DNA of 15,162 nucleotides from Methanothermococcus okinawensis. GTDB lineage: Archaea; AGJL01; Methanococci; Methanococcales; Methanococcaceae. Positions 1 through 7,905 of the stretch are shown in pieces (the stretch's first letter is position 1; the number at the start of each line of letters is the position of its first letter). The position numbers and the translations under genes were made by a program. The stretch lies in contig DQSV01000086.1 in the NCBI GenBank assembly GCA_015663075.1, forward strand, positions 1-15,162. Reading direction: 5' to 3'. The notes beneath the pieces are model-generated. The model did no database searches. It saw nothing but the letters and a program-made list of their open reading frames with translations, and was not told the DNA's origin.

Positions 1-1323
1 ATAAGAAATCTGCCAGAAATTGAAGTTAAACCAAAGAATAAAAAGATAGTAGAATTCTATCTCAAGCCCAATGTTCTGGGAGAGGTTCCTCTCGAGATTG
101 AAGTAAAATGTAAAGATCACTTAAACAGAGAGTACAAATTCAAGGAAATGATAACACTTGAAGTTAAGGAAATAACTGGAGAAATAACTCCAACTCCAGA
201 AACTCCAGAAAAAGGAATATCTCCAGCAGAATTCACTCCAAAGCCAACAACTCCAAAAACATTCCCTCCAGAACTTTCAGATAGATATATAGAAGTAGAA
301 TTCATAGGAAAGGGAGGATTTGCAAGGGTATTCAAGGCAAAACGTAAAGATGGAAAAGAAGTTGCAGTTAAAATACCTATCTCATTAGATGAATCCACTG
401 GAAAATCCTTCCTTAAAGAGATAATAAACTGGACTAAGTTAAACCATAAAAATATAGTTAAGGTTTATGATTACAACATCCTCCCAATTCCCTACTTTGA
501 AATGGAGTTATGTGATAAATCATTGGCAGATCTAAAGAAACCCTTAGATCCAGAGAGGGCAGCATGGATTATATTCAATACAGCAGAGGGATTAAAATAC
601 GCCCATTCTCAAAAAATCATACATCGAGATTTAAAACCACATAACATCCTACTTAAGGAGGGAGTTCCAAAGATCAGTGATTGGGGATTGAGTAAGGTTA
701 TGGCAGATTCCTCCTCGGCAACTACAACTAAGGCATTCACGCCCTACTATGCCTCTCCAGAACAGATAAATGGTAAAAGTACAGACAATAGAACAGATAT
801 ATGGCAATTAGGAGTAATATTCTATGAACTTGTTACTGGAGAACTCCCATTTAAGGGCAATACTCTTGTTGAAATAGGAATGGCTATAGCCACAAAGGAT
901 CCAACTCTACCTTCAAAAATCAATCCAGAGGCAAAGGAAGTTGAAAAAATAATAATGAAATGTTTAGAAAAAGATAAAAAAGAGCGTTATCAATCTGTTA
1001 TAGATCTACAAAGGGATTTATCTGAATATCTTGGAATTAAATACAAAGAATCCTTAAAGTTAAGTGTAAGTAGAAAGGACTTCAAGAGATCAGCCTACTA
1101 TTGCTGTGATCTTCTTCTATTAAATATGAAGATTAACAACATGATAGAAGCCTATAAATATGCCTCAGATCTATTGAATTATACCAGTGGTGAAGTTAAA
1201 CAGGAAGTTCAAGAATTATGTGGGGGTTTAAAGTTCAGAATAGAAAATGGAATAAATACTGTCCCAGAGGAGCTTATCAAAAAGGCTGAGGTTATGGTCC
1301 ATAAAATAAGGATGAGATTCTGA
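1..1323 (+). CDS. Hanks-type (eukaryotic-like) Ser/Thr protein kinase, 5'-partial because it runs off the window start
   Basis: Frame 1 has no stop from nt 1 to the listed ATG at 148, and its composition is coding-like, so the gene probably starts upstream of the window. Kinase motifs are in canonical order: GKGGFARV glycine loop, VAVK lysine, HRDLKPHNILL catalytic loop, DWG in place of DFG, SPE in place of APE, and DIWQLGVIFYELVTG. Before the kinase domain are a beta-rich segment (aa from nt 1-180) and a Pro/Thr-rich linker (TPTPETPEKGISPAEFTPKPTTPKTFPPE). After it is a roughly 90-aa helical tail. Confidence 0.85.
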   Translation: MRNLPEIEVKPKNKKIVEFYLKPNVLGEVPLEIEVKCKDHLNREYKFKEMITLEVKEITGEITPTPETPEKGISPAEFTPKPTTPKTFPPELSDRYIEVEFIGKGGFARVFKAKRKDGKEVAVKIPISLDESTGKSFLKEIINWTKLNHKNIVKVYDYNILPIPYFEMELCDKSLADLKKPLDPERAAWIIFNTAEGLKYAHSQKIIHRDLKPHNILLKEGVPKISDWGLSKVMADSSSATTTKAFTPYYASPEQINGKSTDNRTDIWQLGVIFYELVTGELPFKGNTLVEIGMAIATKDPTLPSKINPEAKEVEKIIMKCLEKDKKERYQSVIDLQRDLSEYLGIKYKESLKLSVSRKDFKRSAYYCCDLLLLNMKINNMIEAYKYASDLLNYTSGEVKQEVQELCGGLKFRIENGINTVPEELIKKAEVMVHKIRMRF

Positions 1324-1463
1324 GGGAGTAGATGTAATAATATAAATTAAAGAACATAATTAAATAACACCTAACTATTATGTATAATTAAATAATACAA
1401 AAATAATTAATGAATATACTCAAGTATAATAAAAATTTAATAAAAATTAAAAAATGTGAGACT

Positions 1464-2021
1464 ATGGATGAGGGAAATATTGAGGTTGTAAAAATTCCAA
1501 GGGATAGAATTGGAGCATTGGTTGGAAAAAAAGGAGTAATAAAAAATAAAATTGAAAGGGAATTAGGTGTAAAATTAGAAATTAGCGAAGATGGAGAGGT
1601 TACTATATTCTCAACTGAAAACACTGAAGATCCCTTGGCCACATGGAAGGGAAGGGATATTGTAAGGGCCATTGGAAGGGGATTCTCTCCAGAAAAGGCC
1701 TTAAAACTACTTTCAGATGATTATGTCCTTGAAATAGTGGATATATCAGATTATGCAAATACTACCAATGCCCTTAGAAGGCTCAAAGGTAGAGTAATAG
1801 GAAGCGGTGGCAAATCAAGGAGATATATTGAGGATTTAACAGATACAGATGTATCAGTTTATGGAAAAACCGTGGCTATATTAGGAGAATACGAGCCAGC
1901 CCAGATAGCCAAGGAGGCTGTTTGCATGATTTTAAGGGGAACCTCCCATGCCAAAATGTATAAGTATCTTGAGAGCCATAGACAGGATATAAAGAGAAAG
2001 GAATTAGAACTTTGGAAGTGA
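1464..2021 (+). CDS. KH-domain RNA-binding protein, archaeal Dim2/Pno1-like
   Basis: Two KH-like GXXG segments are present (IGALVGKKGVIKNKIE and GRVIGSGGKSRRYIE). The overall match is to the conserved archaeal roughly 185-aa KH protein family. The ORF-track start at 1410 reads through A/T-rich promoter-like sequence. ATG 1464 (MDEGNIEVVKIP) is preceded by GTGAG and is preferred. Confidence 0.8.
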   Translation: MDEGNIEVVKIPRDRIGALVGKKGVIKNKIERELGVKLEISEDGEVTIFSTENTEDPLATWKGRDIVRAIGRGFSPEKALKLLSDDYVLEIVDISDYANTTNALRRLKGRVIGSGGKSRRYIEDLTDTDVSVYGKTVAILGEYEPAQIAKEAVCMILRGTSHAKMYKYLESHRQDIKRKELELWK

Positions 2022-2042
2022 ATAGGCAATAAATAACAATAA

Positions 2043-2834
2043 CTATTCCCTTTTCTTCCTAAGACTCTTTATTCTTTTTATTAATAAAGTATCCTCTTTT
2101 TTATCCTTATTTTTATGGTCTAAGCATTTATCCCCTTCACTACTTAAGTTTGTAAGGTTTTTAACATTCTCCTCTATTATCCTTAAAATAGGAGATTCCA
2201 TATTCCAATTAAAAGAATGCCCCAAAAATCCCTTTCCAATTACATAAACCTCCGCACTACTATTTCTTGAGGCCTTTGGTTTAGTAGTATATACTCTTCT
2301 AAAGTAATTCTTTAAAAGGGATACATAATTATCAAATAAATAGCCTTGAAATACTTTAACAACAAAATTTCCATCCTTTTTTAATAATTTTGTACTTGAT
2401 ATAAGGGCCATTGTACATAACTCTATGGATCTTGTATGATCCACATCCCAAACTCCACTGATATTGGGAGAGGCATCACAAATTACAGCATTGGCTTTAG
2501 AGGGCATCTCTTTAATTATTCTGTCTAATATTTCTTTCTTAGTCATATCCCCTTTAATTACAACTATGTTTCCATAATTTAACGGTTTTACACTTTGGAG
2601 ATCCACTCCAACTACAAATCCTTCCTCTCCTACAATGGACCTTGTGGCCTGTAGCCATCCCCCTGGAGCACAGCCTAAATCAACTACAACATCTCCCTCC
2701 TTTATTATATTGAATCTCTCATTTAATTGGAATAGTTTATAAACTGCCCTGGAACGATATTTATTTTTCTTTGCAAGTTTATAGTAAGTATCCTTTTTTC
2801 GTTGCAATACCCATCTTTTATCCTTTTTTCCCAT
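2043..2834 (-). CDS. rlmE: 23S rRNA 2'-O-ribose methyltransferase of the FtsJ/RrmJ (RlmE) family
   Basis: The N-terminus [37 protein letters not shown] carries the SAM-binding motif, followed by DASPNISG and VVKVFQG. The C-terminus has a Lys-rich extension. AGGT sits upstream of the ATG. The start lies 9 nt after the stop of the upstream gene, which suggests an operon. Confidence 0.9.
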   Translation of the reverse strand: MGKKDKRWVLQRKKDTYYKLAKKNKYRSRAVYKLFQLNERFNIIKEGDVVVDLGCAPGGWLQATRSIVGEEGFVVGVDLQSVKPLNYGNIVVIKGDMTKKEILDRIIKEMPSKANAVICDASPNISGVWDVDHTRSIELCTMALISSTKLLKKDGNFVVKVFQGYLFDNYVSLLKNYFRRVYTTKPKASRNSSAEVYVIGKGFLGHSFNWNMESPILRIIEENVKNLTNLSSEGDKCLDHKNKDKKEDTLLIKRIKSLRKKRE

Positions 2835-2843
2835 AGTATTACC

Positions 2844-3470
2844 TTAAGAATCATTTTCTTTAATAACTTTTTCTATCTTTTTAAAATCCACAACCCCCTC
2901 CCTTATAAGTTCTACCTTATTATCTATGACCTTAATTACTGTGGAGGGCTTTTTATAAGGGCATACGCCAGTATCTATTATTAAATCCACCTTATCAATT
3001 AATTCCCTATCTATTTCATCAAATGAGGAGGGAGGAGTTTTTCCACTTAGGTTTGCACTTGTGGCAGTTAAAGGCACCATTGAAAGTTTTCTTATTATTT
3101 GACTATTTGGAACCCTTATACCAATATAATCCTTTGAAAGTATATCTGGAATACTATCCTTTTTTATCAATACCATTGTTAGGGGCCCAGGTAAAAATTT
3201 ATCAATTATTTTTCTTGAGGTACTATCAACATAGGCATATTTTTCAATGTCCCTAATATCCCTTAAAAAAATTGAAACTGGCTTATTTCTATCTCTTTTT
3301 TTTATTTTATATATCTTTTTAAGGGCCGATTCATCCAAGGCATTTACACATAGGGCATAAAGGGTATCAGTTCCACAGATAAATACATTACCCTCTAAAA
3401 TAATCTTTTTAATAAATTCAATATGCTTATTTAATTCTTCAGTGCTTTTAATTTTTAAAATATGGGCCAT
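2844..3470 (-). CDS. tsaC: L-threonylcarbamoyladenylate synthase, short YrdC-only form of the Sua5/YrdC/TsaC family
   Basis: Family motifs present are GTDTLYAL, KKRDRNKPVSIF, PGPLT, IRVP, PLTATSANLSGK and PSTVIKV. At 208 aa there is no C-terminal SUA5 domain. Confidence 0.9.
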   Translation of the reverse strand: MAHILKIKSTEELNKHIEFIKKIILEGNVFICGTDTLYALCVNALDESALKKIYKIKKRDRNKPVSIFLRDIRDIEKYAYVDSTSRKIIDKFLPGPLTMVLIKKDSIPDILSKDYIGIRVPNSQIIRKLSMVPLTATSANLSGKTPPSSFDEIDRELIDKVDLIIDTGVCPYKKPSTVIKVIDNKVELIREGVVDFKKIEKVIKENDS

Positions 3471-3851
3471 AGTATTCCTACTTTTTTATAATATAAGTAC
3501 ATAATATCTAATATATCTAATTTGTAATTATGATATTAGTTAAACATTAATAATAGTTAGACATATAATCTTAACTAATAATATTAATTAAAAATATTAT
3601 AAAAATATTAAAAATATTATATAACAAATTATTAATAAAAAAATATTATTAAATCTCTCTACCTTCTAATATTAAATTCATAATACTAAATCCTGAAGGA
3701 ATTCTATTCTATCCTCAGTGCTCAGTGTATAAATATGATAGAAGATGAATATCACGAACCTTTAATGTATTAAGGCTAAAGTACAAATATTGTCCTAATG
3801 ATAGAAATACTTAAGGATTCTTTTCTAAGTTAAAGGAAAAGATATAATGCC

Positions 3852-5591
3852 CTATATCCTATTTTTTATATATTCCACCACTTCATCTATTTTAATCCTT
3901 ATTTGTTCTCTACTGTTCCTATGTCTTACAGTAACAGTTTCATCTTTTAATGTTTGGCCATCCACAGTTATGCAGAATGGAGTCCCTATCTCGTCCATCC
4001 TCATATACCTTCTACCTATTGCTCCACTATCATCATACTGGGCAATAATGCCATTACTTCTCAATCTATTCTTTATTTCCAGGGCAATTTCAGGCATGTT
4101 TTCCTTATTCACCAGTGGAAATACTCCAACCTTAATAGGTGCCATCTTTGAATTTAAATTTAAGTATACTCTATCTTCCTCCTCTTTATAGGCATGTTCA
4201 AGAAGACAGTATATTATTCTGTCTATTCCATAGGAAGGCTCTATTACATGGGGCAATACCTTTTCCCCAGATATTTTTTTAATGGTTTTACTTATTTTTA
4301 AGTGATCCTTTAATATTTCAAACTCCTTAATTTCTCCATTATATTCCATCTTTAATATATATTTCCCATTTTTATTTATTTCATTTACCATTTCTTCTAT
4401 TTCTTTAATATCCATATTTTTTAATTTATTTTCAATATATTTCAAATCCCCTTTAAAAATTCTTCCAACAACCTTATAGTTTAATTCAATATCATAGGTT
4501 TCAACTTCCTTAGGTTCCTCGTATTCCACAAATATTCTTAAATCCACTCCACTATGGTTCATGTGGGCCTTTAAATCATAATCTGTTCTATCGGCAATAC
4601 CAACACACTCTATCCATCCAAATCTATCAGTGTATATCTCTGCATCCCAACAATCAATTGCATAATGTGCCATTTCATTAGGGAGATGCTGCCTAAATCT
4701 TAATTTATTTATATCTATGCCAATATCTATTAGAAATCTCTTAGTAATTACAAGAAAGTATCCTATTGTTTCATGCCTAATAATACCTTCCCTTAGGGCA
4801 TCCTTTATTTTCATGTTGATTGTTTTTTCATCGGGATTTAGAGATTCATCCATTTGCCTATTTGCTGGAAGTAACGGCAAAACCTCATTTTCCACATCTT
4901 TAAATTTTTTATGGGTTTTTATCTTTGGATGAACAAAAAACTCACCTTCGGCCTGGGTAAATTCCCTCAATCTAATAACACCCTGTCTTGGTGAAATTTC
5001 ATTTCTATAGGCCTTGCCAATCTGTGCCACTCCAAAGGGCAATTTATTCCTAAAAAAACTTGCCAATCGCCTAAATTGAATAAATATTCCTTGGGCTGTT
5101 TCTGGTCTCATATAGCCCTTTCTCTTTCCTCCAGGCCCTATGGAGGTTAAGAACATTAGGTTATATCTCTTAACCTCCCCCAATTGGCCTCCACATTTTG
5201 GACAGGATATGTTGTGCTCCCTTATAAGTGCCTCTAACTCCTTAAGGGATTTTCCTTCAGTGTCTATGTTGATATTTTCCTCAATAATGTGGTCGGCTCT
5301 AAAGGATTCCAAGCACTCCCTACATTCTACTATGGGATCTGTAAAATTATCAACATGACCAGAGGCCTTTAAAACCTCATGTGGGGTTATTGTTGGACTA
5401 TCTATCTCATAAAACTCCTCATTTACAATATAGTGCTCCCTCCAAGTGGTTATAACATTATTTTTTAACATTGTACCCAATGGGGCATAATCTACAAAAC
5501 CTGCAATACCGCCGTATATTTCAAAAGAACTCCATAAATAACCTCTTCTTTTGGCTAAATCCATTACTTTCTCATATTTATCCTTTGCCAT
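3852..5591 (-). CDS. glyS: Glycine--tRNA ligase, archaeal/eukaryotic dimeric type
   Basis: RRGYLWSSFEIYGGIAGFVDYAPLG, class II motifs, and the C-terminal anticodon-binding region (KVGVFPL...DDSGAIGRRYMRMDEIGTPFCITVD) identify it. The ORF-track start at 5609 is a TTG. The ATG at 5591 (MAKDKYEK) lies 5 nt downstream of a perfect AGGTGAT RBS and is preferred. Confidence 0.95.
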   Translation of the reverse strand: MAKDKYEKVMDLAKRRGYLWSSFEIYGGIAGFVDYAPLGTMLKNNVITTWREHYIVNEEFYEIDSPTITPHEVLKASGHVDNFTDPIVECRECLESFRADHIIEENINIDTEGKSLKELEALIREHNISCPKCGGQLGEVKRYNLMFLTSIGPGGKRKGYMRPETAQGIFIQFRRLASFFRNKLPFGVAQIGKAYRNEISPRQGVIRLREFTQAEGEFFVHPKIKTHKKFKDVENEVLPLLPANRQMDESLNPDEKTINMKIKDALREGIIRHETIGYFLVITKRFLIDIGIDINKLRFRQHLPNEMAHYAIDCWDAEIYTDRFGWIECVGIADRTDYDLKAHMNHSGVDLRIFVEYEEPKEVETYDIELNYKVVGRIFKGDLKYIENKLKNMDIKEIEEMVNEINKNGKYILKMEYNGEIKEFEILKDHLKISKTIKKISGEKVLPHVIEPSYGIDRIIYCLLEHAYKEEEDRVYLNLNSKMAPIKVGVFPLVNKENMPEIALEIKNRLRSNGIIAQYDDSGAIGRRYMRMDEIGTPFCITVDGQTLKDETVTVRHRNSREQIRIKIDEVVEYIKNRI

Positions 5592-5920
5592 AGAATCACC
5601 TAAGTGCAAATATGTTTTTTGATATTGGATAATAAATTATTATCTAAAAGGTTATAAAAAACCATATAAAAAATTAATTAAAAAAATTATTTAAAATTGT
5701 AAAATACCATGAAAAATAATTAGTTTTATATTGATAATAATTTCCTAAAATATATTTTATAATAAATAAAAACCATAATTTAAAAGAATTTATAAAAAAT
5801 AAAAAAAATAATCACAAAATATAAAATAAAAGAAATAACCTAGATTTTAGAATACTATAAAAATAATTCTTTGAAAATTAATTTTTATTATTTAAATGTA
5901 TGGATAGTAGTAATATATAT

Positions 5921-6679
5921 TTAGCGTAAATGAATACAATCTCCAACATTTACATGTTTAATTCCATCAAAGGTGCTTAAATATATTCCCTCATAGTCTA
6001 TTTTAAAAACTGTTCCAATAATTACCTCTTTTGGAGTTATTATTTTGACATAGTTGCCAAGGGTTTTTGAGTATTTTTCATACTTGTTTAGTATTTCACT
6101 ATCACTTAGATGATAGTTATTTTTAAATCTATCAATAAATTTATTAAAAACTTCAAACCTATTATGCTCCCTTCCAGTTAATTCTTTCAAAGAAATGGCA
6201 ATGTCCTTTAAATCCCTTGAAATATTATTGTTAATATTTATACCAATACCTAAGATTAAGAATCCGTAATCCATATTAACTTCACTTAAAATCCCAGATA
6301 TTTTTTTATTATTGCCATTTATGTTGATTATTAAATCATTGGGATATTTTATGCCAAATGTTTTAATATTATAATCTTCCACGCTCTTGGAAGCATTGTT
6401 TATATAATCAAATAATGATTCATACAGGGATATGGAACCTATAAAGTTTAATTTGCCCATATTTTCATTTTTATTTTTATTTTTAACTTCATTTAACCCT
6501 AAAAGTATGGAAAAATAAAGTCCTCCATATTGGGAATGCCATTTCCTTTCAAGCCTACCTACTCCTGAACTTTGAACATCTGAAATAACTATTAAGTTTT
6601 TCTTTCCCATTTTACCTAAGTTACGGCAGTATTTATTTGTAGAATCCACTTCCCTTAAATGAATAATATCAAAATCCAT
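5921..6679 (-). CDS. birA: Biotin--protein ligase, BirA catalytic type without an N-terminal HTH domain
   Basis: The GVGRLERKWHSQYGGLYFSILL biotin-binding loop motif is present, as is a C-terminal SH3-like tail ending VGDCIHLR. An Asn/Lys low-complexity insert (NEVKNKNKNENMGKLN) is also present. Confidence 0.85.
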   Translation of the reverse strand: MDFDIIHLREVDSTNKYCRNLGKMGKKNLIVISDVQSSGVGRLERKWHSQYGGLYFSILLGLNEVKNKNKNENMGKLNFIGSISLYESLFDYINNASKSVEDYNIKTFGIKYPNDLIININGNNKKISGILSEVNMDYGFLILGIGININNNISRDLKDIAISLKELTGREHNRFEVFNKFIDRFKNNYHLSDSEILNKYEKYSKTLGNYVKIITPKEVIIGTVFKIDYEGIYLSTFDGIKHVNVGDCIHLR

Positions 6680-6834
6680 AAAAAACCCATTTTAAAATTT
6701 TTTTAATATAAGATATTAAATTTGTAGTTAAATAGTATATTCCTATATTGAATATTAAAATAGTTCTATATTAAAAAAAATATCAAAAATATTATATATT
6801 TAAATTATTCAATATATATTGGTAAAACAAATAG

Positions 6835-6909
6835 TGCTCCAGCCGGGATTTGAACCCGAGTCGCGGGCTCGAAAGGCCCGCATGATTGGCCGGACTACAC
6901 CACTGGAGC
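6835..6909 (-). tRNA. tRNA-Glu (anticodon UUC)
   Basis: The reverse complement folds by hand into a cloverleaf. Acceptor stem is GCUCCAG/CUGGAGC with discriminator A. Anticodon stem is CGGGC/GCCCG with loop CUUUCGA. The T arm is UCGGG-UUCAAAU-CCCGG. The gene is 75 nt and the 3' CCA is not encoded. Confidence 0.92.
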
Positions 6910-6926
6910 ATTATTTATTTAAAAAA

Positions 6927-6936
6927 ATTTATAATA
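6927..6936 (-). promoter_or_regulatory. Candidate TATA box for tRNA-Glu
   Basis: The minus strand reads TATTATAAAT roughly 20-27 nt upstream of the mature tRNA 5' end. Spacing is approximately right for an archaeal promoter with little or no leader. Confidence 0.35.
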
Positions 6937-6977
6937 CATAAAATTTAGGTTATAGCAATCTCAAAATATAAATCAAG

Positions 6978-7052
6978 CGGACCCGGAGGGATTTGAACCC
7001 CCGATCCCCGGCTTAGAAGGCCGGTGCCGTATCCAGACTAGGCCACGGGCCC
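6978..7052 (-). tRNA. tRNA-Arg (anticodon UCU)
   Basis: The reverse complement folds into a cloverleaf. Acceptor stem is GGGCCCG/CGGGUCC (one G-U pair) with discriminator G. Anticodon stem is CCGGC/GCCGG with loop CUUCUAA. The T arm is GGGGG-UUCAAAU-CCCUC. The gene is 75 nt and CCA is not encoded. Confidence 0.92.
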
Positions 7053-7227
7053 AATTATACTTGCTATCATAAGGCATACTGTAAGATATACGTTCTTATA
7101 TATATATTTTTCGTTAATCCATAAATTCAATTTTTTAAATATTATTATTGACATCTCCTTTTTAATTATTATTCCTTGATGAGAATGAAGTCTTTTAAAT
7201 TTTAATTTTTTATATATTTAATATTAA

Positions 7228-7584
7228 TATTTCAAGTTCCACTCCATTATTAACTTAACTTTAAAATGTATTCTCTCTAAGGTATTGTATATATTTACTA
7301 TTATCAACACTGGTATTAATTACGGATTAAATAATTCTTTATATCTTAAATCTAACTCATCTAATATAATTAACAATATGATCAATAATGAAATTAAAGA
7401 TATATCCAATGAAGAATATCATTACCTCGGCATTAGGGTTAGATGATTTCAAGGTAGACAACTATCTCTGGGATCTAAGATAAGTGATAATGAAAATCCA
7501 AGGGATATTGTAAATGAATTATTAAATGTTGCATTAGAGAAAACAAAAGATAATGTGAGTATTTTATCATATAAAAAGCATTAG
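7228..7584 (+). pseudogene. Decayed fragment of a PP2C-family Ser/Thr phosphatase, C-terminal half with frameshifts and deletions
   Basis: Frame 1 (7228-7443) reads ...TIINTGINYGLNNSLYLKSNSSNIINNMINNEIKDISNEE. Frame 2 (about 7412-7478) reads NIITSALGLDDFKVDNYLWDLR then a stop. Frame 1 (7447-7584) reads ...KISDNENPRDIVNELLNVALEKTKDNVSILSYKKH then a stop. The order and spacing parallel PP2C motifs: xGDSRxYL, HPxxNxITRALG, and the C-terminal ...GGxDNITVIvv. There is no intact ORF, and the metal-binding residues are replaced (GDSR becomes GLNN) or missing (SDG segment). Confidence 0.4.
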
Positions 7585-7789
7585 ATAATTTGGGCATATA
7601 ATTTATTTATTTTACTTATAGCCTTAAAAAATTACCATATCATATAAAAGTAAAAAAATTAATTCCAAAATAAATAAAATAATGGCACTAATAAAAATAA
7701 AGAACTATTGAAAATTATTAATTATTAAAAACAATTAAAAAAAATTATTAAAAAAAATAAAAGATAAATTAAAATGTAAGACTAAGAAT

Positions 7790-7822
7790 AACCTTAATAG
7801 TAGGCCTACTCCACTTAAGGTT
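7790..7822 (-). terminator. Interrupted-palindrome hairpin downstream of pgk, a possible terminator element
   Basis: AACCTTAA (7790-7797) pairs perfectly with TTAAGGTT (7815-7822). These enclose the perfect 12-bp palindrome AGTAGG/CCTACT (7799-7810). On the minus strand the hairpin is followed by T-rich tracts. It lies about 85 nt past the pgk stop codon. Confidence 0.3.
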
Positions 7823-7905
7823 TTACAAACCCTCCATCACTTTAGTAATATTCTCCTCCTCGCTTTTTTAGAGAACTCCCTGCCATGTATCCTATTATTT
7901 TTTAA

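Noticed and set aside
117-398. A 93-aa minus-strand ORF antisense to the kinase gene. Similar antisense or overlapping track ORFs occur at 1388-1672(-), 2802-2984(+), 3023-3256(+), 3847-4191(+), 3954-4151(+), 4717-4932(+), 5140-5358(+), 8450-8644(+), 10005-10187(-), 11479-11763(-), 12120-12371(-) and 14649-14831(+).
   Set aside because: All lie fully or largely inside well-supported conserved genes on the opposite strand. Their translations are low-complexity and hydrophobic or Ser/Phe/Ile-rich, with no recognisable motifs and no RBS. They are shadow ORFs of the kind expected opposite AT-rich coding sequence.
3590-3650. AAAATATTA(T) near-tandem repeats. Similar A/T repeats occur at 9320-9360 (AATTAATATT twice), 11190-11240 (ATTTTTGTTAT twice) and 13740-13800 (AATAATAAAAA runs).
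   Set aside because: These are low-complexity A/T sequence typical of the intergenic spacers of this genome. They have no regular spacing or unique spacers, so they are not CRISPR-like, and no associated structure.
3685-3810. Possible C/D-box sRNA in the glyS-tsaC spacer. ATGATAGAA occurs twice (about 3735 and about 3798). CTGA occurs at about 3692. A tandem CTCAGTG-CTCAGTG occurs at about 3713-3726, which reads CACTGAGCACTGAG with a GTGATAT upstream on the minus strand.
   Set aside because: No arrangement gives RUGAUGA...CUGA with the canonical roughly 12-nt guide spacing and terminal pairing on either strand. The C-like boxes deviate from consensus, and no D box follows them on the plus strand.
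7170-7200. CTTGATGAG / TGATGA motif (hammerhead- or C-box-like) in the tRNA-pgk gap.
   Set aside because: It is an isolated heptamer. There is no complementary helices, no GAAA core and no CUGA partner within a plausible distance.
7798-7836. Possible tRNA-derived attachment-site remnant. GGCCTACTC resembles GGCCTAGTC of the tRNA-Arg D region. TTACAAACCCTCC matches the T-arm sequence TTCAAATCCCTCC at 10 of 13 positions. That would hint at an old integration next to tRNA-Arg.
   Set aside because: The matches are short and imperfect. They are in the opposite orientation to the tRNA gene, and their spacing is inconsistent with a contiguous tRNA fragment. No integrase or other element genes are present.
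7841-7885. A tiny minus-strand ORF (MAGSSLKKRGGEYY, 14 aa), and a 4-codon ORF after an AGGAGG-like tract, downstream of pgk.
   Set aside because: They are too short and have no supporting conservation signal that I can assess. The purine-rich tract is more simply part of the pgk 3' region.
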